Shown here piece after piece: positions 1 through 12,639 of a stretch of 64,000 bases of DNA; the first letter of the stretch is position 1, and the number at the start of each line of letters is the position of its first letter. Source of the stretch: Lama guanicoe (lineage: Eukaryota); the NCBI GenBank assembly GCA_013239625.1, contig MU054220.1:3473374-3537373 (forward strand). Direction: 5' to 3'. The translations under genes were made by a program, and so were the position numbers. The notes beneath the pieces were generated by a model that worked only from the letters and a program-made list of their open reading frames with translations, was not told the origin of the DNA and searched no databases.

Positions 1-530
1 TCTTTGTATAGACACATGTGCTTTCATTGCTCGTGGGCAAATACCTAGTAGTGGAATTGTTGGGACACGTGGTAAGAATATGCCTAATTTTTAAGAAACT
101 GCTAAACTGTTTTCCAAAGTGATTGCACCATTTTACATTCCCACCAGCAGTGTGTGGAATTTCCAGTTGGTCCACATCCTTGCCAATACTTGGTAAGAAC
201 AGGCTTTTTCATTTTAGCCATTTGATAGGTATGAAGCAGTATCACACAGTGGTTTTAATTTGCATTTCTCTGATGACTAATGATATCGAGTATCATTTTA
301 TGCACCCATTTGTCAGCTGCCTATCTTCTTTGATGAAATGTCTATTCAAATCTTTAGCTATTTTTTTTAAAGTTGTGTGGGTTTTTTCTTATTGCTGAGT
401 ATGTTGAGTTTTTAAAAATATATTTTGGATACAAGTCTTTTATCAGACATACGACTTATAAATATTTACTCCTAGTCTGTGGTTTGTTTACTTACTCTCT
501 TAATGGTGTCTAAGAGGGGAGGTTTTAAAT
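1..530 (-). mobile_element. Old L1 (L1M-type) ORF2 3' fragment
   Basis: Antisense L1 hallmarks: aaactgttttccaaagtgattgcaccattttacattcccaccagcag and gttttaatttgcatttctctgatgactaatg. Confidence 0.9.
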
Positions 531-634
531 TCAAACAAAAACCCACTATTTTATTTTCCTTAATGGATGTTATCCTTACTTTATTTCTTTGAAGATCCTA
601 AAGCTGTGAGTGTTATATATTATCCCTTACATCC

Positions 635-1052
635 ACTGTAACAGAATCCCTGGATTATAACTGAGTACTTGGCTACCTGTAATAACAGAATACATTTCTT
701 GGCTTCTCTTCTGGCTAAGTTCTGGCCAAAAGAAGGTAGGTGGAAGTGTCAGTTGTCATCTTCCTGAAAACTTCTTTAATAGACAGCTGACATATGCCTT
801 TTTACCATCCTGCTGCCTGAAATGTAGATGAGATGGCTGGAGCTCTAGCTATCAGTTTGAACTATGAGGCCATGATCCAAGCATTGAGCCAGTGATTAGC
901 TGGATCAAGCTTGGCCTCTGAGGACTTGCTGAAGCAGAGCCACCTCACTAGGTTCAGAATATATTCACAGAGGAAACTTTAACTCCTGTTTCACTTGAGC
1001 CACTGTTATTTTGAATCTCAGTTACTCACAGTCAAACCTACTCCTCATACAG
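635..1052 (+). mobile_element. MaLR LTR (MLT1J/K-like)
   Basis: ggctaagttctggccaa, cctgctgcctgaaatgtagatgagatggctggagc, ttgagccactgttatttt...gttactcacag. Confidence 0.7.
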
Positions 1053-1519
1053 ACTCTAAACAGTTATTTTAAATTCATTTTCAGAATACTATTTTTATCT
1101 TAATTAGCATGAATTCATTTGTCATTGTTTTTGAAGGCTGTCTTTTTAACACTACGTTTCTTCACTAGTTTTGGAGATTTGGTCCAGAGGCTCATCTTAA
1201 GTAGAAGTCTTCCTGCCTATCTCTTGGTTTTCTCATTTTAAGCAGTGAACCTGGCTTCACACTCCACCTCACATGGGGCACTTCTGTTTCATATTGCCCT
1301 ACAGGAGCTGAAACTCATGGCCATCTCTGCCTGCTCTAGACTGGAGCACTGTGGGCCTTTGTTTTCAGTTCTGTGATCACTTTATATTTCTCCCTCCCCC
1401 TCTCTCTCTCTCTTCCTTCTCTTTTTTGGCTGTGGCTCAAAGCATGAGCTCTCGATCCACCTGGATTGGAAGCCCCTTTGCCTCCTCCACATACAACTTC
1501 TTTACCTTTAACTCTTTCT

Positions 1520-3065
1520 CTGGATATTCACATCTATTCCCACTCTCTCAGTTTGTTCATTCACAAATTTTTATCTCAAGCCTTAGGCATGAATATCTAA
1601 TTTCCCATGTGAAACCCATCCCCACCCCCTGGATGTCTCACTGGTGTCTCAAACTTAGCTCAGGTCCAATCCCCTCACATCTGTTCCTCTTATTTTCCCC
1701 ATTACACTCTTTGAAACCACCATCCACTCAGGTTCCAAAAAGAAAGTCATCCCTACCAAAACCCAGTAGCTGCACACTTCAAATGAATGAACCGTACACT
1801 ATGTGAATTACAGCTCCCTAAACCTATTTTTAAAAAAAAAGGAAAAGAAAAGAAAGCCATCCTTCATTTCTCCCTCTCTCCATCCCCCCATGTCTAATCC
1901 CTCAGCAAGTTCTCCAAACCACATTTTGAAACTGCCCCTCTCCGCTCCTTCCTGCTTCCATTCTGATCTGAGCCGTGACCAGCTCTCCTTCGGACACCTA
2001 CGAGAGAGTCCAACTAACCTCCATGATGCCCTTCACTCAGCTCCCCGCTGATTCTCCTCAAAGCTGCCAGAAGAATCTTTTATTAATGTAAATTAGATCA
2101 TGTTACTCACCAGCTCAAGAAGGCATCCACCTCACTTACAATAAAATTCATACTTAGAGTCACCGCCTTCAAGGCTTATGTGACCCGGTCCCAGCCACCC
2201 TCCCAACTTCTCTGGGGCCTCTCTCTCCACCTTCCCTTTCCTGCAGCCACGATGCTGAGAGTCAGACTTCACCCTGCCTACCACCTTTTTTCCCCACTCT
2301 TAAGAAAATAATAATCATGAACTATTTCAAGCATTTGGAAATTATTATAGACAGTAATACAGCTGACAATCCTGTACCTGGTGAGAGTCAACAAAGATGA
2401 CCACCAGCCGTGTCTGTCCCAGACTCCTCTCTCCTCCAGAGTAACATCTAGTTACTCTGCTTCAGGAAAGTAACTAGATGTCGCTGAAGACCATCTCTGC
2501 CTCCAGCTCATTCTCTCTCCCTCTGCCCCTTTCCTCCAACGTAACCACCATTCTGAAGCTGGTAGGAACCTTCCTGTTCTTACTATTCAAGGGTTTTTTT
2601 TTTCTAAAGACAACATACAGAATTATTTTGCATGTTTGTAAAGTTTACAGAAATGGCACCAAGGGAACAGATCCTTTTGCAACTTTTTCCCACTAAGTTT
2701 TATGTGGCTGGTCCCTTCTTATCTTTTGGGTCTCGGTTTCTGTGACCTCCCCAGAAGAAGTTTCTCCTGACCTGAACAGCAAACAGGTTCTTCCCTTCCA
2801 CACCGTGACCTCCACACACCTGTCCCCTCTCAGCATTATCTCTAGGACACCGTCGTGTTGCTTCCTTTTAGAGACCTGATCACAGGGCACACTGCTGTTG
2901 GTGATAGTGTTTTCTTCTTGTCAATGTGGTGAACGACTGCCTCCCTCATTGGACCATAAGCTAGTGAAGGCCAAGCGCATGGCTACCTGCTCATGGTGGT
3001 GGCCTGGTCCCGGTTCCTAACATAGAGCGTGGTACATGGTAGAACACTGGTGGAACCAATGAATT
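1520..3065 (+). mobile_element. Degenerate L2 fragments
   Basis: cctggatgtctc..ctcaaacttagc, agctgccagaagaatctttt..aaattagatcatgttactc, and a 3' end-like stretch at 2935-3065. Confidence 0.6.
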
Positions 3066-3147
3066 ATTGGATGAAGAGCCTTTTAAATAAAAAGTAAGTT
3101 AAGGAAAAAAATTTATATAGTGTTACACTTGAGTAAAAAGGAAATGA

Positions 3148-3575
3148 ATGATGTGCTGGGCTGGCTGTACTAACAAGAGCTGACTGTGAAATTTTCCAGA
3201 ATTTCATGAACCAGTTGTTAAACACAGCCATAAATTAAAAATTACATTATTAAAAATTATAAACTTACAATGCAATAAGTTATATCTTTTAAAAAAGCAA
3301 TAAATACCCAACACTTACCACTTCCTAATTATTTTACTAGATTTTACTATATTGATGTTCTTGCGGGCTTTGGCGTCTACTGTACCTGTACGGTAGAAAT
3401 ACTTTAGAATAATTGTCATGGCATATCTCTTCCCAAATGGCCACTTAGTGCCTTCATGCTGGCAGCCTGAAGCCAGCCATGGTGGGAGCGTTTGTACCAA
3501 GAGAACTGGCACATATGTTCCCCTCCTCCACAACCATCACCAGCAGGTTGTTAAATACTTGCCAGCACAGCACTG
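3148..3575 (+). mobile_element. MER63(B)-like hAT-Blackjack DNA transposon
   Basis: tgatgtgctgg...ccagttgttaaacacagcc...cttcctaattattttactagattttactat...ccagcacagcactg terminus. Confidence 0.8.
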
Positions 3576-3964
3576 TGTGTGTGTTTCTCTGTTCATGGGA
3601 AGTCTGGGAGATGCATTTCAAACTCTCAACTCTGGTTACCTCTAGCGGGGAGGAAAGAGGGAAGGAGGAGAAAGCCTTGGTTTTGTCTACTTATGAGACT
3701 ACATGGCCTCCGTGGTTAAAAACTCTCAGACAAACCAAAAGAGAAAAAATGTGCAGTTCAGGCTCCTCCTTTTCTGGCAGTCTCCCAAGGTGGTGCCCCC
3801 GTCTTCAGTCTTCAGGGACCTTCCCTTGGAATCTCAGGGAACCCTGTACTTTGTCATAATGCTAATCACCCTTCCTTATCATTTTCTCAATGCTCCGCTC
3901 TCTCCTGGGGGAAGACAGAAGCATGTGTAGGTCCCGCAGCCAGTAGCAAGAGCACCTAGTGGGC

Positions 3965-4185
3965 AGTAAGAGCCATGGAGCCAGAGGAATCAGCCAGAAC
4001 CTCAGCTTCACCACTGCCAAGCTGAGTGACCTGGGGCAGGTGACTTCATGAGCCAGTTGTTAAACACAGCCATTATTAAAACCGGCCAGGCTTCAGTTTC
4101 CTCACCTATAAAATGGGGGTAAAAGCCAACCTTGCAGCACTGCCGTATGTCTGATATAGAAGGCACTCCATAAACGGTCACTATT
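3965..4185 (+). mobile_element. MIR carrying a 37-nt insertion
   Basis: gctgagtgacctggggcaggtgactt ... cagtttcctcacctataaaatgggg core. Confidence 0.8.
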
Positions 4186-4929
4186 AACCCCGTGATCATG
4201 GTTGTGATGATTAACGAAGGGACCAAGTGTTAGTTACGACTAATTCCGGGTGGTGGGAGGTCTGCGGGTCAACACTTAGTCGTCATCAGACTTTTTGCAG
4301 CTTCAGCTAGGTCGAGAAGCCCGGGGGGAGCTGTGAGGGGCACAGGAGCTGCCTTGGACCTCTGTTACTGGGTTTGGATCCACACGTTTGCTGAGGGATG
4401 TTTCTTGGCTTATCTTTCCCATCAATTAGAATTTTCTCCAATCAGCATTTATTCATTCAACAAATATTGCAGAGGAAGCAGCTATGGTGTCAGGCTCTAG
4501 GGAGAAAATGATGATCCTGTAAGACAATGTCTTTGCTCTCACAAACTCATAGTCCAAAAGATACAGAAGGGAGGCCACCATGATATCCCATGGTCAGTAC
4601 CGGGGTGGGGAAGTCTACGGAATATGGGAGCTCAGCGCTGGTGCCCTGTACCTGGAGGTCAATCAAGGACTCTCTTGGGCAGTGTGGAATCTAAGCTGAC
4701 GTCTTGGAGCAGAAGAGGGCAAGGAGGTTCTAGGTGGAGGAAGCAGGCGCGGGGGATCACAGAGGGTGTTTAGAGCACATCACACGTTACTGATAAGCCC
4801 CGGCCAGTGGAGTAGAGAGCAGGCTGTTGGCTTCATGTCCTAGAACTGAGATGATCCAGGAATGGCCAGCCAGGGCCAGATGCTCAGGACCAAGCCCCAG
4901 AAGACTGGTTTCCCAGCATCCTCCTTCAT

Positions 4930-5410
4930 CTTATTCCTCAAGATCTACTCCTTGGCCCCTCTGAACCCAGCACTTCTTAGACCAGTGAGATGTGAGAAGG
5001 ACTTGGATAACCTGGATCTGACAGAGAAGGACGACCACCGTCGTAAGATGGTCCTTTAGCCTGGCAGAGGAGGGGTCAAAGAAAGCAGAGCCATTATCAG
5101 ATATGGGAAGGACCGCCACGTTGGGGAGGGCAGGCAAAACCAGGACCACTTAGAGAGACGTAGGCCTGAACTCAGCATGAGTACTATGCAAGTAGAACAT
5201 AAGATACATGTTTTAACATGCTGAGAAGTCCTGCAGTGGAACAAGCAGCCTTGCAAGGTAGTGAGTTTCTTGTTACTGGGAGTATTTAAGCAGGAGGAGC
5301 TGGATGATCTGCTATCAAGGAAACTAAAGAGAGGAGTTCTCCAGAGAGTAGAAATCCGTCCTAAATGACCTATGAAATTCTGTCTAAAACTAAGATTGTG
5401 TGATTCCATG
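4930..5410 (+). mobile_element. L3/CR1 3' fragment
   Basis: tttagcctggcagaggagg, cagtggaac..gccttgcaaggtagtgagtttcttgttactgggagtatttaagcag, and terminal attgtgtgattc. Confidence 0.65.
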
Positions 5411-5544
5411 TGGACAGATCCTAAGAAAACAATATAAAACACATGCATTTTGGCTCCCTGGGTCAAGCAAGGGTCCAAGTAAACAAGAATGCTATTTCTG
5501 ATCATGGTAATAATTAACAAAGACATCAATTTCAAAACATTAGC

Positions 5545-5770
5545 AGCTGCCCCTCATGGAGCCATTTCACTGAGCCAAGTACTCTAATACACTGTCTAAA
5601 GAATTCTCACAACTCTACGAAGTAGCTACAATTATTATCCCCACGTTACAGATTAGGAAACTGAGATTCAGAGCCAGTAGACAGCCTGCCTGAGGCCACA
5701 AAGAAGATGCGTGGGGTATCTGGAGTTCAGACTCTGCAGGTACAGCTCCTGCTCTTAAGCACTCTGCAGA
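5545..5770 (-). mobile_element. MIR
   Basis: attattatccccacgttacagattaggaaactgag antisense core. Confidence 0.8.
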
Positions 5771-6681
5771 GTGATGGATGGATGAATGAATGCGAAGCCC
5801 AGGTTCCCCAAATGACTTCATCAGAATCAAGCGGGAACATCCTGGGGCCCTCTCTGAACTTCCAGCTTTGCTACTGGTTTGACCAAATTTGCTGCAAAAA
5901 GATCAGCATTTTAACAGGGAGGAACACCTTGTTTTGCGGAAGAATGTCTGCCACAGTCAAGGACTCACTGTTGGGCTCCTCTAAATGGTGCCATAACTGG
6001 ATGCTGCTGAGACCGGAGTTTTAAAAACCTGATTTGTTTGCAACTTTCCAGGAACCCATCGAATCCAAAAAGCATTCTGATTTTCAGCTCTGCAACTCCT
6101 CTTAGAGCAAAGTGGTTACCAAAACGATTGGTGAAGCCATCTGCAGTTGACAAAGCTCTTTCACACATCTCAGATGCTCCTCTCAGAAGCCCAGGAGGCA
6201 GACAGCATCACCTCTGTTCACTAGACAGTTCCCAGACCAGCAAATTGAAACACAGAGAGATAAATAGGCCTGCCTGAACTCGAACTTGAACTCTGGCCTC
6301 TACTATGCCCAGACACATGGAATGAAGAACACTTAAACTGGAATGGGGACTCTGAGATTATTCAGGCCCTGGGCTCATAACCTGGTGTCTATATCTCGAC
6401 TTCAGCCAAGAGAAGAAGGAGGGTCCCTTAAAAATGTGCACAACATTTTAGGAATATTGGTATATGAGTATAACTTCCTAGGTGACTCAAGAAGGATCAG
6501 AAACCATGATCCAACCCTTCTCCATACCTTCCCCACCACCATTTAACTGACAGTGGAATTAGTACAGTTGGCCCTATAATTTGCAAGTTCAGCATCCACA
6601 GATTCAACCAACCAAGGATCAAAAATATTTTTTAAAATTTTTCCAGAAGTTTCAAACAGCAAATTAAAATTTGCCACACTG

Positions 6682-6831
6682 CATACATCCAGAGGAAACT
6701 CTAATTCTAAAAGATACATGCACCCCAATGTTCATAGCAGCACTATTTACAATAGCCAAGACATGGAAACAACCTAAATTTCCATCAACAGATGACTGGA
6801 TAAAGAAGTTGTGGTGTATATACACAATGGA

Positions 6832-6876
<45 letters not shown>

Positions 6877-7411
6877 TATAATGAAATACTACTCAGCCAT
6901 AAAAAAGAATAAATAATGCCATTTACTGCAACATGGATGGACTTGGAGATCATCATACTAAGTGAAGTAAACTAGAAAGAGAAAGAAAAATACCATATGA
7001 CATTGCTTATATGTGGAATCTAAAAAAAAAAAGACACAAATGAACTAATTTACAAAAGAAACAGACTCAAAAACATAGAAAACAAACATGGTTACCAGTG
7101 AGGGAAGAGGATAGGAAGGGATAAATTAGGAGCTGGAGATTTGCAGACACTAACTACTATATATAAATTAGTTAAACAACAAGTTTATACTGTAGCGCAC
7201 AGGGAACTATATTCAATACCTTGTAGTAACCTACAATGAAAAAGAATATGAAGAGGAATATATGTATCTATATGTATGACTGAAACATTATGCTGTACAC
7301 CAGAAATTGACACAACATTGCAAACCAACTATATTTCAATAAAAAAAAAAAAAGTCTTGCAACCTGTTGTATATTTAAGAATAGACTTTTGTAAAAAAAA
7401 AAAAAAAAAAA
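6682..7411 (+). mobile_element. Relatively young 5'-truncated L1 (cetartiodactyl-type 3' UTR) with two poly(A) tails
   Basis: ORF2 C-terminal peptide DTCTPMFIAALFTIAKTWKQPKFPSTDDWIKKLW; 3' UTR gactgaaacattatgctgtacaccagaaattgacacaac; AATAAA, A13, 39-nt spacer, A19. Confidence 0.92.
6834..6872. repeat. (CA)n microsatellite within L1
   Basis: Directly visible. Confidence 0.95.
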
Positions 7412-8534
7412 GCCTGTCACATTGGCAACTATTTATACAGCATTTACATTATATTTACACACCATTTACATCGTATTGGGTATTATAAGTATCTAGAGAT
7501 GATTTAAAGTATACAGGAGGATGTTGTGTAGGTTATATGCAAAGACTGCACCATTTACATAAGGGACTTGAGCATCCATGGATTTTGGCACCCATGGAGG
7601 TCCTGGAACCAATGCCCTGCCAATTCCAAAGGACAACTGTACGTACTTTCTTTTATTATTCTATTTCTCAAATTTCAAAAAGGCCCTGGAGACCCGGTAA
7701 ATGAGGCATGTTGACATACAATCCCAAATTCCACATTCAGGTTTTACATCCTGTAATTTCACTCATCACCCGTAGCCAGTCCTGAAACACGTGTGAATCT
7801 AACTTGAGAAGATAAAGGTGCAATGTGCTCATCAACTGTATGCAAAAAGGATAAATACAGCTCCTGGGGTATGCTCCATTAGATGGTGCATCCTCATTTT
7901 ATGGATAAGAAAACTAGAGCTGGGCGAGAACACTGACTAGCCCCAAGACACGTTTCCCTCAAGTGGGAGGAATGACGGAGTCCAGAGCCCTGTCATCAAT
8001 GCAGACAGTTCTTCCCTTCCCCGGTCCCTCTCCTCTGCCTGGAAAAGGCACACGGTCTTGGAACCAGCCTCCAAACCACCACCCCCTATCCTGAACACAC
8101 TTGGCCTCACTCTTCTTGGTAAGACTTGGTGGCACTGGTGAAATGCACTCTTGCACTTGAGGAGTGGCATCAGGAGACGGGCTTGAATCCTGTCTCTTTG
8201 CTGTGCCTGACATGCAGGGTCTTGGGGCAAAGGTGGGAAAAAGACCCAAGAGAATCTGCCCATCTGGGAGGCAGCAAAAATGCAAATTAAAATGGGCATG
8301 TGGCCCAAGAGAAATTAGACAGAAACAAACTTTATACATCATACAAAAGATTTGAAGGGTCTTCCCAGTTCACAAAGCAGAGAGAAGCAGTTGACAGGGC
8401 TGATGTGAAATGCATCAAATGGAGTTATTCAAAACACAGCCGGCATATCCATCACAGGCAGCTCTCCACCAATAACCAGTGAAATGATCTAGAGATAGTG
8501 AGAAAAAAAGCAGGGAAAAAAGCCAAAAGCCCCA

Positions 8535-9255
8535 CAGTGAGTTACCACTTCACATCTACAAGGATGACTAGAATCAAAAAGTCAGTAACAATAAATGTTG
8601 GTAAAGATGTAGAGAAATCAGAGCCCTCATATACTGTTGGTGGGAAGTTAAAATGGTCCAGCAGCTGCTCTGGAAAACAGTCTGGCAATTCCTCAAACAT
8701 TTAAACACAGAGTTACCATACGACCCCACAGTTCCACTCTGAAATACAGACACAGAAGATAGGTCCACACAGAAACTTGTACTCTAGTGTTTACAGTAGC
8801 ATTATTCATAATAACCAAAAGGTGGAAACAACCCAACTGTCTGTGAACGGACATACAGACAAACAAAACGTGCTACTGCCATGCAGTGGAATACTACTTG
8901 GCCATAAAAAGGAATGACACCTGCCACAATTCGGATGCACCTTGAAAACATTAAGCTGAGTGAGAGAAGCTGGTCACAAAAGACCACATACTACACGATC
9001 TTATTCACATGAAAGTCCAGAATAGGGAAATGTATAGAGTCAGAGAGTAGCAGAGTGGTTGCCTAGGGCTGGAAGGGAAAGGAGGGGGAAGGTGGGGGTG
9101 ACAGTTAAAGGAAAGAGTTTCTTCTTGAGGTGAGGAAAATGTTCTAAAACTGACTGTGGTGATGGCTGCACCTATCTGTGAATATACTAAAGATCACTGA
9201 ATTACACAATTTAAATGGGTGGCTTGGATGGTACATGACTTCTAGCTCAATAAAG
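8535..9255 (+). mobile_element. L1MB-like 3' end
   Basis: ORF2 tail YHFTSTRMTRIKKSVTINVGKDVEK; 3' UTR cttgaaaacattaagctgagtgagagaagc...ctcaataaag. Confidence 0.88.
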
Positions 9256-9899
9256 TAGAAGAAATCTTCCAAATATTCAGCAGCAGCAATAAGACAAGGA
9301 AAAGGAAATAACCTTCTGTCACTGGCTTGACAAGTCTTCCCCAGAGAAACAGGAGTGTCGGTCTGAGTGGAAGACCAAGGGATGTCACGTGGGCATCTAA
9401 GTAGTCACGCTTGGGGTTGGGGATTAGGAGCTCCAGCTTTGGTTCAAACTCCTGGTTCCACGATTTGTTGTGTGGCCTTGGACAAGTAACCTGGCCCTTT
9501 AAGCTCGTTTCTCAATCCGTAAAAAGGGGTAATAATACTTATCCCACAGCACGCTTGGGCAGATGCGAAAGCTAAGTCACACACATCCTTTAGCACCCAA
9601 CAAACGACAGCCACTGTCGCCATTATGACAGTGGTTGCCCTAACAGCGTTTGCTCAGGACCCTCTGGGATTTTAGGGCGCTGAATTTGGCTCTGAGGGGG
9701 TAAATCAGATAAGATCTCTCCTGGAGGAATTTTCAAACACCAGGAAACCCCAAATCCACTGTTATTAAAACCAGAAAGTTTACTAGAAATTAGTGTTTCT
9801 CAGAGTAAGGTCTTCAGATATGTTCTCAAGATCCAAAAGTTCTCACAAAGAATTTGTAATTCACTGTTTTCATTTTTTAAAAAATCAATATACGGGAAT

Positions 9900-10785
9900 G
9901 CCCATGAGATTTCAGCCCCCAAATAGTATAGTGCTTGTGACTGAGTTGGCACTTGTGCCTATGAATTCCTGGCCCGGCTCTCGCCCCTCCCTACCACCCG
10001 TGGCTGTGTGACTCTGGACTAGGCTCTGTCTTACAGGTGGCCTGGACTTCTTCATTCCTCTATCTTGGGTCCAGCCACGTGACTTGTTTGGCCAATGGGA
10101 TATTAACATGCATGATGCAAGCACAGGTTTGAAATGTGCTTGTGAGGGTGGGCTTGCCCGCGGGGCCTCTGTCTTCACAGGAGAAGAGCTTCCCCAGGGA
10201 GCCCCCGGCTCTTCAGTCTGGGCCCAGAACAGACACATTTGGAGTGGACCAGGCACTCGGTGGGGAGCCAAGCTTACCCTGCCACTGGAGGCTGAGTAGC
10301 CCAGCCGAGCCCAGTTAAATCAGCCCAACCGCAGGCAACCAGCAGACACATCAGAATAAATGAGGATCTGCAGTCAACCAGCAGATACCTGAGCAAAAAT
10401 CAATGACTGCTTTTCTATGCCTGGGGGCAGCAGACCAGGGCCTGAAGGCTAAATCCAGCCCCCCTCCCTGTTTTATACAGCCCACCAGCTAAGAACGGTT
10501 TGCACATTTCTAAATGGTTGAAAATAAATCAAAAGAAGACTATTTCATCATGTGACAATTACATGGAATTCAAATGTCAGTCTTCATAAATAAAGTTCTA
10601 ACTACAACACACACTTCTGGCTGCTCTCACACTACGATGCCAGACCTGAGTAGTGAGACAGACCCGGTAGGCTCCACAAAGCCTAGAACACTTACTATCA
10701 GGCCCTTTACACAAAAAGTTTACCCACCCGGGTTCCACATCATTGAATTTGAAGGTAGCTGGTTACATAATAACAGCTGACTGTA
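9900..10785 (+). mobile_element. MaLR LTR (MLT1H/I-like) interrupted by MER58B
   Basis: ccacgtgacttgtttggccaatggg, ccagccgagcccag..aatcag; resumes near 10740 with ggttac..taacagctgactg. Confidence 0.65.
10421..10732 (+). mobile_element. MER58B (hAT-Charlie)
   Basis: aaatccagccc..ctgttttatacagcccaccagctaagaacggtttgcacatttctaaatggttgaaa ... ggccctttacacaaaaagttt. Confidence 0.85.
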
Positions 10786-11269
10786 CCATACCAACTATTA
10801 CTGCTTGCAATGAGTCAATGATAAAAAGAACAGATACAAACTTAATATGTCAAGGACGCATTCTGGCAAAGACTAAGAAACATCGCGGCTATTGCATCAG
10901 CAAGAGTTTCCAGTGTTTCAAATATAGACAAACAAATAAAGAAAATAAAATATCACATGGCACACAAAAGCACAGGCACGTCAGAACGCCACCAAAGAAA
11001 TTGTGTCTAAGTTGTCACTATTGCATTCACTCTATAAACAGCAATTTATTTGCAGTAAAATGTCATCCAAAACAGGACACTGATTTTGTTAGTTTGAATT
11101 ACATTAGTTTGTGTAGTTCTCTGCATTTTATGTTTGTCTGTTTTGGTTGTATATCTGTTTAACAGCTATGAGAAATGTTGTGTTCATCTAGCTTTTACGT
11201 TTAAACCTTTTAAAGTAACTTTGGAATAAAATTAACATAACATTGGGGCCCCATAAACATTAAAAGTCA

Positions 11270-12010
11270 AACACCTGACCAACAGGTACATGAAAAGATG
11301 TTCAACATCACCAGTCATCAGGGAAATGCAAAGCAAAACCACAATAAGGTATCACTTCATGACTGTCAGAATGGCTTTCATCAAAAGTATAAGAAATAAT
11401 AAGTGTTGACAAGGGTATGGAGAAAAGGGAACCCTTGAGCACTGTTTTGGGAATGTAAATTGGTGCAGCCAGTATGGAAACCAGTATGGAGGTTTCTCAA
11501 AAAATTAAACACAGAACTGTCATATGATCCACTATTTCCACTTCTGGGTATTTAACCAAAGAAAACTTAGCTCAAAAAGAAATCTGCAACCCCATGTTCA
11601 TTACAACATAGCCTGTAACAGCCAAGAAATGGAAACAACCTAAGTGTCCATTAGTGGATGAATGGATAAAGAAAATGTGGATAGATATACAAGAGGATGC
11701 TTTTCAGCCATAAAAAAGAAGGAGATTCTGCAGTTTGCAACATGGATGGGCCTTGAGGGCATTATGCTAAATCAAATAAGTAAGACCAAGACAAATACTG
11801 CATGATCTCACTTACATGTGGCATCTAAAGGAAAAACAACAACAAAACAAAATAAAACCCCAGAAACTCAGAATTCATAGATACAGAGAAGAGATTGACA
11901 GTTGCCAGAGGCAAGGAGTGAGGAGGTTGTCAAAATGTGTGAGATGGTCAAAATAAAATAAATTAGTCCTGGGCATATTAATATACAGCGTGGTAACTAC
12001 AGTAACATAT
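11270..12010 (+). mobile_element. L1MA-like 3' end
   Basis: catgaaaagatgttcaacatcaccagtcatcagggaaatgcaa, ggatgaatggataaagaaaatgtgg, gacaaatactgcatgatctcacttacatgtgg. Confidence 0.9.
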
Positions 12011-12639
12011 ATACACATATTTTTAGAAGTCACCTCAATATAACACAAGTGAGAAACACAACTGCAGAAGAAGCGCTGAGGAGACCAGGAATGTTGAAGG
12101 TCAAGTTTAGAGCCAACTTATATTAGAAATATTGGACTAGTTCAGAATAGTTTTTCGTGCTTTACTTTTGTTCCAATATAATAGATTTTGAGAATTATAG
12201 GCTCAGTTTCAGCCAAAACTAGCTCAATAGCATATTATATTTGGGGGGGGATGGAATATCTGTGGTTCAGTTCATGATTCAATAATCAAACAGCCACCAT
12301 TTCTAAAACAGCTATACAAGCCAGGCTATTTAATGCTTCTGGTAATAAGAGAAATCTCAGGAGGGAGGCACATATTTTTATTCTTGGAAAAGCTGACATT
12401 GAATCAGCAGTGTTTTAAGATCCGTAACATCTTAGAACATGAGAAAAGCAACTTTTTTCGAGCATCATCTTCCATTTTTCTTCTAAGCACACGCTGTACT
12501 CCTGCTGCACCTGTCACCAATTCCCCATCTCTACATCACACGTGTCCCCGTGCACATGCCGTGCCCGCGGCTTGTGATTCCGTGTTCCCTCAGTTCCTGA
12601 CTCCACTGGTCACAATTTAACTCATCCCTCAAAACCTAG

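Larger units (their letters stand above)
6565..7639 (-). mobile_element. MER2B-like (TcMar-Tigger) DNA transposon split by an L1 insertion (pieces 6565-6681 and ~7412-7639)
   Basis: TA|cagttggccct ... aaggacaactg|TA inverted termini with TA TSD; internal gattcaaccaacc and ctagagatgatttaaagtatacaggaggatg...gggacttgagcatcc. Confidence 0.85.

Noticed and set aside
8420..8441. tggagttattcaaaa shared with 41250-41264
   Set aside because: A ~15-nt match is roughly expected by chance in 64 kb, and the flanks are unrelated.
10860..11260. Possible hAT-Charlie remnant
   Set aside because: AT-rich with no identifiable termini; family could not be assigned.
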